Shown here: positions 15,053-28,577 of the stretch, one piece after another
Position numbering within the stretch: position 1 is the first letter of the stretch
Layout: each line of letters opens with the position of its first letter
Assembly (NCBI GenBank): GCA_964016885.1
Contig: OZ024757.1
Coordinates: 7,564,001-7,628,000 of the forward strand
Length of the DNA stretch: 64,000 bases
Reading direction: 5' to 3'
DNA from: Eledone cirrhosa
Lineage: Eukaryota
The notes under the pieces: generated by a model
What the model saw: only the letters and a program-made list of their open reading frames with translations
Databases searched by the model: none
Told to the model about the DNA's origin: nothing
Translations under genes and position numbers: made by a program

Positions 15053-15372
15053 ACAACAAGGTACAGCTAAATATAAACTATATTTTATAATGTAAGGTAG
15101 TGAACCACATAATTAAATAGACGGAGGTAATTTAAATGATAAATATATCTTTAATTTACTTAAAGCAACAACAAGGTACAGTTAAATATAAACTATATTT
15201 TATAATGTAAGGTAGTGAACCACATAATTAAATAGACAGAGGTAATTTAGATAATAAATATATCTTTAATTTACTTAAAGCAATAACAAGGTACAGCTAA
15301 ATATAAAATATATTTTATAATGTAAGGTAGTGAACGACATAATTAAATAGACGGAGGTATTTAAATAATAAA
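15053..15372. repeat. About 118-bp tandem repeat, about 3 copies (about 2 copies at paralog 35863-36070)
   Basis: CAACAAGGTACAGCTAAATATAAACTATATTTTATAATGTAAGGTAGTGAAC recurs. Confidence 0.85.
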
Positions 15373-15904
15373 GACAGTCATGATAACAATATATTTTATA
15401 TCACATGTAACAGTGGAATCTGGTTAATTACTGGATCGTTTTACGGTTCACATAATTATATTATTTACACACATTAATATAGACATGAAGTAAATCTTTG
15501 TCAACTTACCTCCTTCACATATAATCAATGTGTTGTGTTGTTAGTTGTTACTAAACAACCAAAGAAATAATCTCTTTGTTATCAAATTAGAAGTTTCAAT
15601 GTTATCAGCTTTATTTCACGACATTAACGTTGGTGTATCTTCTTCATCTTTAGTCATAAATTGATATCTTGTCAGAATGAAGTAGTGAGGCTGACTTTAT
15701 GTCTTTAGCTACAGATTTGATAGGAAATATATATTAGGTTGATATGTGGTCTAAAATATATATATTGTCTATAAATGACTGATAGCAGATGTTCTGGTGA
15801 AATAGTAGTTTTACTACTACAGATTGTAATGGAACTCTTAGTAGACACAATTGTAAAGTAAGAATAGATATGACAGTGTAAGACTGATGTCGGGGAATTA
15901 ATAT

Positions 15905-15957
<53 letters not shown>

Positions 15958-16778
15958 AATTGTTACACAAGATATAATTAGATTCAGAAGACAGCAGGTA
16001 CTCGATGTCGTTGGAAATGATTTAACTCCCTTACCGGTGTCATTAGTTAATAGTCCCTGATATAATTTAAAACATCCAGACGGTTCCAATAGTATTTAAT
16101 CGATAGTAAATGAAAAGTTATCACTCAGTAAAATATCAATTATATATCGACGTTGTCTCTCTGACTGCTAGAAATAGCAGTGAAATTATCCATTATAGAC
16201 TTTTCTTTATTTAAACTCTTACGTTTAGTAAATGTTTGTGTTGAGAATGTGTGTATTTGTGTATTGTATGACGGAAGTCACCATTGAAGATGTTAAAAGC
16301 AATGTTGTGGAAAATAGCATCGTGTGACTTTGTAATTGTTTATATATAATTTATTTACAGATTACAAAGGTTAGAAGAATGTCTCTTGAGAGGATAGTTA
16401 ATGTTATCAATAAAAAGGTTATAAAGATTTAAAGACGTACGGTCAACTGGCTGAGGCGTTAGCCAGACCTGTAGTGATATCTGTTGCTACACATTGTCTA
16501 TGCTTGAGGAACGAAAGCAAGAGATGTTTACCTTCACGGTGTCGAGCTGCAAGAGAGAGAGTTTCGAATCTCTGCGGGAATTTTTCCTTCTGAGCTGGGT
16601 TGAGATACATTTTCCTACGCTGGTAGCGATTGGTTGAACTGATCCAAACAACGCACAGAGAATGTATCCATGAGCCCTCTGAATGTAGGTCACTACAATA
16701 CCCTCTATTTAGTCTGCAAGACGATATATAAGATTGAATCAGCAGGAAAAAGGCTTAAAGAGAGGACATCAATGAATA

Positions 16779-19300
16779 TCATCATCATCATCGTTTAACG
16801 TCCATATTCCACGCTTGCCTGGGTTTGGACGGGAGTTTTCCCACTTGAGGCAAGAGTGTTTGTCTTGTTCGCATAGGACTGTCTGGCGGATTTTCTACGG
16901 CTGGATGCCCTTCCTAACACCAACCACATTTACAGTGTAGAACTGGGAGGTTATTACCGTGTTACCTACACGGCCACATTACAGCGTGGACTGTGTTTTT
17001 TTGTCGTGAGACCTACACGACCTCATTTGTTTCGGGCTGGATGTTGTGGTACCAACGTAACTTTACATGGAAAGAGGTGAAGTGGATAGGGTGTGGGTAT
17101 ATTTTGTTAGGTGTCTACTGACTGTAGTAGGTTTTACTTTGTATTTAGGTAAGGCGGGTCTTCTCTATTACTATGTAGCGCCAAAGATCTCGGTCCAGAG
17201 ACATTGTCTTGGAGAGGTGTAAGTGTGTGAGGTCGGAATTTATCAAGTCGTCCCAGGTTTTTCTGGATCTGCCTACTCGGTGGCTACCGCCTATTTTTAT
17301 TGCCCTGCACTTTTTTATACAGCTGTCGTTTTTCATGCGCATCACGTGACCATACCAACGTAGTCTTCTCTCGAGTAAACAACATCTGATCCCTCTTATT
17401 CCTAATTTCTCCCTTAGTTTGTTTATGCTTTGCCGTTCACGTATATTACTATTACACATCCAGCGGAGCATGCAAGCTTCGTTCCTCTCTAGTCTGCGTA
17501 TATCCTCTGCACACAATGCCCAGGTCTCACTGCCATGCAACATTTATGTTCGTATGCAGGCATCATACAGCCTACCTTTCATTTTTAAGGAGAACCCTTT
17601 AGCGGCTAATAGTGGTATAAGCTCTCTGAACTTTTTCCATCCAGTTCTGACTCTAGCTACTGTACTTTCAGAGCACCCTCCCCCACGGCTGATCTTGTCA
17701 CCCAGGTAACGGAAGCTGTCCACTATTTCTATAGAACCAGCTGTGCAATGGAATGAGCTAGTATTCAGTGGGCACTTGCTGCTACTTATTGCACCAGAGC
17801 ACCGACCACATATAAAAGCTATGTTCTTAGTTAGCTTACTTGTGATCCCCCTACATCTTTTATGCACCCATACTTTGCATTTGGGACATAAAATGGAGTT
17901 TCTACCTACTCCTTTCCTACACACTGAGCATGTCCATTTCCCGGAAGGGACCGGCGCCCTATTTTCCTTCCTACAAACTAGAACTTTAGTCTTAGACAGG
18001 TTAATTTTAAAGCCTTTTGATTCTAGGCCATGCTTCCATGTTTGGAATTTCTTCTCTAGTTCGGCCATTGATTCAGCTATGAGCGTTAGATCATCTGCGT
18101 ATAGGAGTTCCCATGGGCAGCCGGTCTTGAACTCCACTGTTATAGCCTGAAGGGCAATAATAAATAGTAGGGGGATAAGAACGGAACCCTGATGAACACC
18201 AACTTTTACGCTAAAATCTTCACTATATTCGTTGTTAATTCTAACCTTGCTGACTGTTTCTTTATACATGGCTTGTATAGCTCTCACAAGCCATTCATCA
18301 ACACCTAGTTTTCTAAGAGCCCACCAGATAATGGAACGGGGGATTCTGTCGAAGGCTTTCTCCAAGTCGACAAAACCTAAGTATAGGGGTTTACTTTTAG
18401 CTAGGTACTTCTGTAGTTGTCGTACAATTAAAAGAGCGTCTGTGGTACTTTTGCCAGACACAAACCCGAACTGCATTTCATCTAGATCAATTCTCTCTCT
18501 GATTAGTTGCACTATTACTTTTTCTGTGACCTTCATGACCTGGTCGATTAATTTAATGCCTCTATTGTTACTCCTATCTAGGGCATCTCCTTTACCCTTG
18601 TAGCAGCTAATGATGATGCTGCTACGCCAGTCCTTCGGAACAACCCCATTCTGTATGACTTGGTTTACTCTCCGTGTGACCATGGTGTGTCCCACCGTTC
18701 CAAGGCTTTCAGCATTTCAGCAACTATTTCCGAAAGCCCTGCCACCTTACCCGTCTTTATATCTTTGATTGCCTTACTTATTATACTACCTTCGACTAAC
18801 ACTGCTGTTCCCTCTATTGGGTCGATGTGGGGGAAACTGTCTTTCTCCATTTATTCTCCTCATTTAGTAGCCTTTCGTAGTGACACTTCCAAGCTACCTT
18901 CTTATCAGCGTCAGTGATGGCAAGTACGCCATCATCATTAAGTACACACTTCTCCCCGAAAATATCACGGTTTTCCTTGACACATTGCCTAGCAATCCTG
19001 AACACCTCACGTTTTTGGTCCTCGCGTTGTAGAACATGCTTGAACTTTCTTTCCTCTGCTTCCCTTCTTGCGAAGTACACTTGTCTCCTAGCTTCCCTCC
19101 TGGCCACCAGATAGTGTTCTATACTTCCCCCATCCCGCCATGCTTTCCAAGCCTGCTTTTTGGCCTTAATTGACTCCTCCACCTTACTGTTCCACCACCA
19201 TGTTACTCTCCTCCTGCCTATAGATCTGCTCCAGATACAGATTTCATCTGCTGCCATCAGCAAGTTTGCTTTCAGCAATTCCCATTGTTCCTCTATATTG
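16779..19300 (-). mobile_element. RTE subfamily C, long 5'-truncated copy
   Basis: ORFs 18814-19416 (part), 17544-18695 (RT with YADD and PHD-like finger) and 17145-17543; (TGA)n tail at about 16779. Confidence 0.92.
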
Positions 19301-19383
19301 TACATATATATGTGTATATATATATGAATATAGATGTATATATATGTATATATAAATGTATGTATATATGATATATATATGTA

Positions 19384-20244
19384 CATGTGTGGACGATATT
19401 TGGTCGCAATTTTCAACTGCTAATTTTATGCAAATTTTTTTAACTCCGTTGTCACTCTTGTCCTCATAAAAACAGTGACTATATTTCCATTATTTATTTT
19501 CAGAATAATTGATTATGAATAATTTTGAACCTCCAAATTTGTGGCAGAGACACGGAGTTCTTCTTGTAATCTGCGCCGGGAGGACAAATAAGACCAGAAT
19601 ATCAACTCCCAGAACAACAGGTGGCTTGCTGTCTCATCCAAAGACGTGCCCAGAGTCATACAGATAAAGTTTCCACCGACAACATTGGTCTTAGGTGTCG
19701 TCATGCCACCTGACTGCTTCCCTGAGGGTCTCAAGCTGAACACCGATGGCTACATTCGCGTTCTGAGTGAGGTAGTAAAGCCCTGGATCAACCAGGTTGC
19801 TGCAGGTAGGCCGTACGTGTGGCAGCAAGACTCAGCGCCCTGCCATACCAGCTGAAAGATCCAAGCCTGGCTGACAGAGAACTTCGTCGACCTCACCGCC
19901 CCTGACATCTGGCCTCCCAGCTAGCCTGACTGCAATCCTCTCGACTTCTTTGTGTGGAGCGCAGTGAAACAAGACACCAACAGATCTAGCTACAATACGA
20001 AAGACGATCTGAAGGCCAGGATTACAAGTGCCTTTAGGGGCCTAAGTAAGGGGACAGTGACGAAGGCCTTTAGCCGGTTTCGAGGCCGTCATCAAAGCCA
20101 ATGGCAGGGTTATCAAGTGAGATTGAAAGAACAAGTCATGAAGACAAACTGACCCAAGTTTGATAAATAAATCTTAAAAAACAAAACTACTGTGTTATTA
20201 TTTCCTAGACAGTAATCTTGCGAATAATTATCGTCCGCACCCTG
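19384..20244 (+). mobile_element. Internally deleted Tc1/mariner-superfamily DNA transposon (maT/DD37D-like motifs)
   Basis: YVWQQDSAPCHTS and WPP..PDCNPLDFFVWS transposase motifs; imperfect 26-27 bp TIRs (CATGTGTGGACGATA... / ...TATCGTCCGCACCCTG); TA flanks. Confidence 0.85.
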
Positions 20245-20267
20245 TATGTATACATATATAATATATG

Positions 20268-20297
<30 letters not shown>

Positions 20298-20298
<1 letters not shown>

Positions 20299-21788
20299 AA
20301 AAGGGGATGATCTGGAGAGGAGCAATTATAGGGGTATAAAACTGATGGATCGGGTTATGAAAGTGGCAGAAAGGATATTAGCACAACTAATTAGAGAAAG
20401 GGTCAAACTAGATGAGATGCAGTTTGGTTTTGTGCCTGGGAAGAGTACAACAGATGCCCTCTTCTTGGTGAGACAATTGCAAGAGAGGTTCTTAGAGAAG
20501 AATAAGTCACTATACTCAGCCTTTGTTGACCTAGAGAAGGCCTTTGATAGGGTTCCCCGATCTGTCATCTGGTGGTCCCTAAGGAAACTAGGTGTTGAGG
20601 AATGGCTTGTGAGGACAGTGCAAACTATGTACAGAGGTGTTGTCAGTAAAGTCATGGTGGGAATAGAGTTTAGTGAGGAATTCCAGATATAAGTAGGAGA
20701 ACTTCAAGGTTCGGTTCTCAGCCTGTTCTTGTTCATTATAGTCCTCTAAGCCATAACAGAGGAGTTTAAGACTGGCTGTGCATGGGAACTTCTCTATGCT
20801 GACGATCTGGTTCTTATAGAAGAATCAGTAGAGGAGATAGAGAATAAATTCTGGCTATGGAAACAGCAGTTGGAAGCAAGAGGACTAAGAGTGAACCTAG
20901 CTAAGACAAAAGTGTTGATGAGTATAAAAGAGGACAAACTCTGATTCCGTCAGGGAAATGGCCATGTTCGATATGCAGAAAAGAACTGGCATAAATTCTA
21001 TAAAATGCACACAATGCAGATCCTGGGTACACAAGAGATGTAGCGGGATAGCAGGCAAACTAACAGGTAGGGAGAAATATGTATGCAGTAGATGTACAGG
21101 GAAATTAGATAGTAGAAGTCGCATTGATAGACACATTTTTCAAATGCAGGAAGGCGCTATAGAAGTGGTGGTTAGCTTCCGGTACCTAAGAGATCAGATT
21201 AGCATGGGATGAGGGTGTTCCGAGGCCATAGTGTCGAGAATCAGGACGGGTTGGAAGAAGTTTAGGGAGCTGCTTCCTCTGCTGACGAAGAAGGGTTTCT
21301 CCCTGCGTACGAAAGGCCGGTTGTATGATGCCTGTGTGAGGAGCGCGATGCTGCATGGTAGTGAGACATGGGCAGCAACTGCAGAGGATATGTGACGGCT
21401 GGAGAGAAATGAGGCTAGCATGCTCCGTTGGAGGTACAGTGTAACTGTGCGTGAACGACTCAGCATGAATGTGTTGAGAGAGAAACTGTGTCTGAGAGGG
21501 ATAGAATTTAGTGTACGGGAGAGGAGACTGAGGTGGTATGGATATGTGATACGCATGGAGGATGACCGATGGGTGAAGAAGTGCCAGGAAATGCCAGTTG
21601 AAGGAAGACGTGGTAGCGGTAGACCACGAAAAACATGGGCGGAGGTGGTGACAACAGACATCAGATGATTGAAGCTCACGGTGGAGATGACGAAGGACCG
21701 TGACGAGAGGAGAGATGCTGTGCTGAATAAGACCCGTCCCACCCTTGCAAGCAGGGAAAAGCGAACGAAAAATGATGATGATGATGAT
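20298..21788 (+). mobile_element. RTE subfamily A fragment (paralog of 283-1769)
   Basis: Same 5' truncation point and flanks as 283-1769. Confidence 0.9.
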
Positions 21789-22074
21789 ATATATATATAT
21801 AATCATCACTGTTTTACGTTCGTTCTTCTATGCTAGCATGGGTTAGACAGGTTGTCCTGTTGTGGGTGTGTCCGGTTGGTTGACCTTGTCTTGCTCATAT
21901 AGGAACTGGTTCTGCCTTGATTTCTACAGCTGGATACCCTTCCTAACACCAACCTTATTTACACTGAGTACTTTTCTTCCGTGGTGCCGACATGTCCACT
22001 TTATAGTATGGATTGATATATATATAATATATATATATTATATATATATATATTATATATATAATATATATATT

Positions 22075-22762
22075 TAAAAACAAATAACGAAACGAAATTA
22101 AATTTCGTTTCGCTTCTAACTCACTTTTGTATGACTGACGCTTAAACAATTAAGTTAAAGTGTACATCTACATATGTATACGGAAGTATTAGTATGCATA
22201 TAAATACACACATGTATACATATGTACATGTACTCAGCTTTTCACTAGACACTTTACAGTGAGTGTCAGCTAGTCTGTATGTAACCACACAGGCGGACCG
22301 GGTCAGTCATACAAAAGTGAGTTAAAAGCGAAACGAAATTTAATTTTGTTTCGTTATTTGTTTTTATCGTTTCCGCTGAACCGGTGCGTACAATGACTCG
22401 CGTTCTATGCAAATTAGTCTACCCACTACTAATTTTCATAGAAAAAGCATATAACGATATGTGCTTTTACAATTCTCCAGAGAAGCCGGAAGATGGGTAA
22501 ATATTGCTGATGAGATGTAATAACATCGAAACTAGTCCAATATTCCTGTCTGGCCCTCTGGAGAATAGAGGAAATGTGTTTCCTTGAAAACTCGTATGAC
22601 TCTAAAACCCGGTCCGCCTGTGTGGTTACATACAGACTAGCTGACACTCACTGTAAAGTGTCTAGTGAAAAGCTGAGTACATGTACATATGTATACATGT
22701 GTGTATTTATATGCATACTAATACTTCCGCATACATATGTAGATGTACACTTTAACTTAATA
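22075..22762. mobile_element. Hammerhead-bearing non-coding element (retrozyme/PLE pLTR-like), head-to-head arrangement in (TA)n
   Basis: 22076-22140 is the reverse complement of 22302-22365 and 22150-22302 that of 22607-22760; hammerhead at 22500-22544. Confidence 0.75.
22500..22544 (+). ncRNA. Minimal type-I hammerhead ribozyme
   Basis: AATATTG-CTGATGA-GATGT(AATA)ACATC-GAAA-C(TA)G-TC/CAATATT: perfect 7-bp helix I, 5-bp helix II, intact core, GUC site, palindromic ACTAGT helix III. Confidence 0.9.
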
Positions 22763-22799
22763 TATATTTAACATATATATATATATATGTATATTTCAT

Positions 22800-25700
22800 A
22801 TACGAAGAGCAGGAGAAATCGTAGAAATGCTAGAGCGAAAGGAAATTGATGTATGCTGTGTGCAAGAGACTAGATGGAGAGGAGAGTCTGCCAGAGTCCT
22901 GGTAGGAAAAAGTCGGTGCTACAAATTTTTCTGGGTGGGAAATGACGATGGGATGGGTGGTGTAGGTATACTACTAGCTGACAAGTGGGTAGATAAAGTA
23001 ATCTCAGTGTACAGGGTAAATGCAAGAATCATTAAACTCAGACTAGTCCTGAATAAAACAATTACCACAATAATATCAGCTTACGCACCCCAATCGGGGC
23101 TGCCAGACGAACTTAAAGATAGGTTTTACGAGTCCCTAATGCACACTACTGCTCTAACAGACGACAATGACTTCCTAATCATCGCAGGAGATTTTAACGG
23201 ACACATAGGTAAACACTCCGACGGCTTCAATAGAGTACATGGAGGCCATGGGGTTGGCACAAGAAATGAGGAAGGATTCAGACTTCTAGAATTCTGCAAC
23301 GCCAATGACATGTCGATATGTAACACAAACTTTAAAAAACCCGACAACCACCTGATCACCTATAGATCAGGGGAGCACTCCAGTCAGATAGATTTTATCC
23401 TCATCAGAGGACGTGACAGATGGACGGTCGTAAACACAAAAGCCTTCCCTATTGAGGAATGTACATCCCAACATAGCTTAGTTGTCAGCGACCTCATGGT
23501 CAGAACTAGACGAACCTGGAAACAGAGGCCAACCTGGAGAAGAAAGATCTGGAAGCTGAAAGTCCCCTCAACCAGTAACAGATTTAAAGATATTTTACTC
23601 AACGCCTATGACAGTAAAGAAGAACAGATACAGACATTTAATGTAGAACGGAACTGGGAGTTCCTAAAAAATAATTTACTAGAGGCGACGGATGAGGTCT
23701 GTGGCTGGAGTAAGACCTCAAGCAGGAGGAGAGTGACTTGGTGGTGGAACAATAAGGTAGATGAAGCAGTTAAGGCCAAGAGACAGGCATGGAAAGAATG
23801 GAAGAACGGGGGGAGCAGGGTACATTACATAGAGACCAAGAGGGAAGCTAGGCGACAAGTATACTTAGCTAGGATGGAAGCAGAGGATAGAAAATTCAAG
23901 CATGTTTTGCAACGTGAGGACCAGAAACAGGAGGTATTCAAGATTGCGAGGCAGTGTGTCAGAGATAGTTGTGTTGTCATTGGAGAGAAGTGTATCCGGA
24001 ATGATAAAGGTGAGCTTGCCCTCACAAGTGCTGAGAAGAAAGATGCATGGAAGAATCATTATGATAGATTACTAAATGAGGAGAATGCATGGGAAGAAGA
24101 GACCCTACCCCAAGTAGACCCTATAGAGGGACCAGCAGTACAAGTCAGCAGCAATGTACTAAGTAAGGCAATCGAAGATATGAAGATGGGGAAGGCAACC
24201 GGTCCATCGGGTATAGCTGCCGAGATGCTGAAGGCATCTGGGTTTGTAGGTCACACTATAACCACACGTATTGTTAACCAGGTAATACTAAAAGGTGTCA
24301 TACCAAAAGATTGGTGCAGTAGCATCATTGTCAACTGCTACACAGGTAAAGGCGATGCACTAGATAGAGGAAACTATAGAGGTATAAAGTTGATGGACCA
24401 GGTCATGAAAGTAACAGAAAGAGTTATAGCACAGTTGATTAGGGACCGGGTGGAAATAGACGAGATGCAATTTGGGTTTGTACCAGGAAGAGGCACCAGT
24501 GATGCCCTTTTCCTTGTGAGGCAATTACAGGAAAAGTACCTAGCTAAAAGTAAGCCACTCTACTTGGCATTTGTTGACCTTGAGAAAGCCTTTGACAGAG
24601 TTCCACGTGCTGTAATCTGGTGGGCTCTTAGAAAACTAGGAGTAGATGAATGGCTTGTTAAAGCGGTACAAGCCATGTATAGGGGAGCAGTCAGCAAAGT
24701 TAGGATTGGCAATGAGTATAGCGAGGAATTTAGCGTATAGGTTGGGGTCCACCAGGGCTCTGTTCTTAGCCCCCTCCTGTTCATCATATTCCTGCAGGCA
24801 ATAACGGAGAAGTTTTAGACCGGATGCCCAAGGGAACTCCTGTATGCTGATGACCTCACACTCATAGCTGAATCTATGGTAGAACTAGAGAATAAATTCC
24901 AAACTTGGAAGCAGGGACTAGAAAGAAAGCGTCTCAAAGTCAACATGACAAAAACTAAGGTCCTTGTAAGTACATGAGAAAACAGAACCCAGATCCCCTC
25001 AGGGAAATGGCCTTGCTCAGTATGTAGGAAAGGTGTAGGTAGGAACTCCATTCTCTGCCCCAAATGCAAACAAGGGGTACACAAGAGATGTAGCGGGATC
25101 TCAGGAAGCTTAATTAAGAATGTAGGCTTCACATGCAGCAGCTGTGCTGAGACAGCAAGCAGCAAACAGCCACAGAAAACAAGTACCACCAATCTCTGGG
25201 AGGGCTCTGTAGAAACAGTAGATAGCTTCTGCTACCTAGGTGACCAAATTAGCAGTGGAGGTGGGTGTCCAGAAAGTACAATAACTAGGGTAAGAACGGG
25301 ATGGAAGAATTTAGGGAACTACTGCCACTGCTAGCTGCAAAAGGCTTCTCCCTCAGAATGAAAGGCAGACTGTATGATGTGTGTATCCGAAAAGCAATTT
25401 TGCATGGTAGTGAGACCTGGGCGCTGAAGGTGGAAGACTTACGTAGATTAGAGAGAAACGAAACCTGCATGCTCCGATGGATGTGTAACAGTAATATATG
25501 TGAACGACAAAGCATAAATGAATTGAGAGAGAGACTGAGCATAAGAGGAATCAAATGCTGTGTGCAGGAGAGGCGGTTGCTCTGGTATGGACATGTGATG
25601 CGTATGAAGGATGACAGCTGCATAAAAAGGTACAGAGCACTAGAAGTTGATGGAAACCGCGGAGTGGGGAGACCCAAGATGACCTGGGATGAGGTGATAA

Positions 25701-26102
25701 AAGCCGACCTTACTCAATTACACCTCTCAAAGGCAATGACACACGACCATGACTTCTGGCGTCACGCAGTAATACAGAGTACCCGACCTCCCATGGGTAC
25801 AAGCTGAAGCATATAGACAATATGCCGCCTCACCCCCCACTGCAAGGTGGTCGTGGAGGTGCCACGGCAAAAAAGCACCCAGCCCACACTATAAAGTGGA
25901 CGTGTAGGCGCCACGAAAAGCACCCAGCACTCACTGTAAATGAGGTTGGTGTTAGGAAGGGCATCCAGCTGTAGAAATCAAGCCAAATCAGTTCCTGTAT
26001 GAGCAATGCATGGTCAGCCGACCAGACACTGCCCACAACAGCACAACCCGTCTAACCCATGCTAGCGTGGAAGAACGGAGGTAAAACGGTGATGATGATG
26101 AT
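22800..26102 (+). mobile_element. Near full-length RTE subfamily B LINE, inactivated
   Basis: 637-aa APE+RT ORF, then a CAG>TAG stop at 24738-24740 and further lesions (about 24814, 24975, 25300); coding remnant ends 25807; 3' UTR and (TGA)n tail. Confidence 0.93.
22827..24740 (+). CDS. RTE ORF: apurinic endonuclease plus N-terminal RT, prematurely stopped
   Basis: VCCVQETRW, SAYAPQ, GDFNGH, SQIDFIL, NYRGIKL, QFGF and AFVDLEKAFD motifs. Confidence 0.85.
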   Translation: MLERKEIDVCCVQETRWRGESARVLVGKSRCYKFFWVGNDDGMGGVGILLADKWVDKVISVYRVNARIIKLRLVLNKTITTIISAYAPQSGLPDELKDRFYESLMHTTALTDDNDFLIIAGDFNGHIGKHSDGFNRVHGGHGVGTRNEEGFRLLEFCNANDMSICNTNFKKPDNHLITYRSGEHSSQIDFILIRGRDRWTVVNTKAFPIEECTSQHSLVVSDLMVRTRRTWKQRPTWRRKIWKLKVPSTSNRFKDILLNAYDSKEEQIQTFNVERNWEFLKNNLLEATDEVCGWSKTSSRRRVTWWWNNKVDEAVKAKRQAWKEWKNGGSRVHYIETKREARRQVYLARMEAEDRKFKHVLQREDQKQEVFKIARQCVRDSCVVIGEKCIRNDKGELALTSAEKKDAWKNHYDRLLNEENAWEEETLPQVDPIEGPAVQVSSNVLSKAIEDMKMGKATGPSGIAAEMLKASGFVGHTITTRIVNQVILKGVIPKDWCSSIIVNCYTGKGDALDRGNYRGIKLMDQVMKVTERVIAQLIRDRVEIDEMQFGFVPGRGTSDALFLVRQLQEKYLAKSKPLYLAFVDLEKAFDRVPRAVIWWALRKLGVDEWLVKAVQAMYRGAVSKVRIGNEYSEEFSV

Positions 26103-26156
26103 ATAATATATATAACATATATATATATATAATATAATATATATATCTATATATAT

Positions 26157-26654
26157 CTGAGAGACAGACTGAGCATCAGAGGAATCAAGTGCTGTGTGCA
26201 GGAGAGGTGGTTGTGTTGGTATGGACATGTGATGCGTATGAAGGATGACAACTGCATAAAAAGGTGCAGAGCACTAGAAGTCGATGGAATCCGCGGAGTG
26301 GGGAGACCCAAGAAGACCTAGGATGAGGTAATAAAAGCCGACCTTACCCAATTACACCTCTCAGACAATATGCCCCCTCAACCCCCACTGCAAGGTGGTC
26401 GTGGAAGTGCCACGGCAAAAAAGCACCCAGCCCACACTGTAAAGTGGACGTGTAGGCGCCACGAAAAAGCACCCAGCACTCACTGTAAATGAGGTTGGTG
26501 TTAGGAAGGGCATCCAGCTGTAGAAATCAAGCCAAATCAGTTCCTTTATGAGCAAGGCATGGTCAGCCGACCAGACACTGCCCAGAACAGGACAACCTGT
26601 CTAACCCATGCTAACGTGGAAGAACGGACGTAAAACAGTGATGATGATGATGAT
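26157..26654 (+). mobile_element. Second RTE subfamily B 3' end, tandem to the previous copy
   Basis: Repeats 25530-26100 with an internal deletion of about 80 bp near 26362. Confidence 0.85.
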
Positions 26655-26655
26655 A

Positions 26656-26820
26656 TCTAAAATAGAGAATGCCTAAAACTGAAGAACCACCCAACCGATT
26701 GTCTTCAAACTTTACACATGTAATATTTATAGTCCTGTGAGTGTTTTGAGTGTTTTTCAAATTTTCAATGCCCTAGGGACCGCATTAGGCGATTTAGCGA
26801 TCTCCGGGCCATTCTGCTAG
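26656..26820 (+). mobile_element. Short non-autonomous Helitron
   Basis: 5' A|TC, 3' CTAG|T with a GC-rich subterminal segment; truncated paralog at 2705-2829. Confidence 0.6.
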
Positions 26821-26829
26821 TAATATATA

Positions 26830-27030
26830 TAGTGGTTAGAGCATTGGGCTTGTAATTTAAAGGTTGTGAGTTCAATTCTCGGACCGGGTGATGTGTTATG
26901 TCCTTGAGCAAGACACTTTATTTCACGTTGCTCCTTCTACCTGGAGTTGTGACCAATAGATAGTATTAGCAATTGGAAAGACCAATGGAAACATTGTTTC
27001 TTCAGTCCAATTTGACGAAAGTCGATCGAC
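26830..27030 (+). mobile_element. tRNA-derived SINE
   Basis: TAGTGGTTAGAGC and GAGTTCAATTC boxes with TCCTTGAGCAAGACACTTT core; same body as 31246-31460. Confidence 0.75.
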
Positions 27031-28577
27031 TGACGATATATGTATATATATATATTATACATATATATATATATATATATGTGTCACTTGCTGGATCTGC
27101 TAGAAGGAGCCTGATAATATGAGATGTTCTCCCGGCTGTATCATATACTGCAAATATGCAGATGTATACACATATATACACAAGTAATTATACACACATA
27201 GAAGTGGTTGATAGCTTCTGTGACTTAATTAGCAGTGGAGGATGACTGCATAACACCTGCCAATAAAATATGATGCTGCATGGTAGTGAAACAAGGGCTG
27301 TGACAACAGAAAAAAGTGTAGACTGGAGAGGAATGAAGCAACCATGCTTCATTGGATGTGCCATTTAAGTGTGAGAGAAAGGCAGAGCTTGGACAAGTTG
27401 AGGGAGAAGCTGGGTTTAAGAGGGAACTTAAGAGATGTGTAAGAGAGAAGACTGCATTGGTACGGACATGTGATACACATGGATAATGTCAGCTGGGTGA
27501 AGAAGTGCCAGGACATCCCAGTAGAAGGAAGCCATAGTAGAGGTAAACCAAGAAAGACCTGGACAGAGGCTGTGTGAACTGACTTCAAACAACTGACTCT
27601 CACAGAGGAGATGACAAAGGAACACGACAAGTTGAAAGATGCCATGTTGAGAAGGACATGTCCAACCCATGGAAGCAAAGAAAAACGAACATAAAAACTG
27701 TGATGATGTTAATGAAGATGACGTACATATACACACATACATAATAAATAAATCAAATACAGATATGCACATACTTATATACAAACACAGATACAACATA
27801 TACATGGACACAAATTTCTACACACATACATTCACATATATATAGCATATGTCAATTCTGAACAATACAGTTTTGTCAGCACAAGTCTTGGTTAAAACTT
27901 CTACAAATAAAATTAAAGGAGAATAATTTCTTAGAAAAAAACAGTTTTACTCAAGATATTAACAACATTGGTGGCACTATTTTAGGTGAGTGACATGGTT
28001 TTTATCTTGTCAAAGTTGTGTTTGTATTGCATCAAGTAACCTTTACAAGAGAATTATTTATCAGATACCATAGTGATATGGTTCCTCTCCTGTATGTTAG
28101 TGTGTAGGGAAGCCACAACATTTAGAGAATGATTTACCACAGACATCACAGGGATATGGTTCCTCTCCTGTATATTAGTGTTTAGTGAAACCAAAATTAG
28201 AAATTTATTTACATGGGTGGAGGTGGCGAGAGCAGACCTTTGAAGATCACGGTGTAGATGACGAAGGACCATGACAAGTGGAGAGATGCTTTGCTGAATA
28301 GGACCCATCCCACCCTTGCAAGCAGGGAAAAGCGGACGTAAAATCATGATGATGATGATATGGTCTCCCTCATCTATGCATATATTTAGTTAAATTGCTC
28401 CATTAAAAGATATATTTTCCAAACATATCAAAGTGATATGGCTTCCCACCTGTATATGTTTGTGTGAAGTTAATGTAACATTGAAAGAGAATGATTTACC
28501 ATAGATATTACACTGATATATATTTGAATTCTCATTAATTCACAATTTTGCGAGGATTTATCACTGATGTCAATGCA

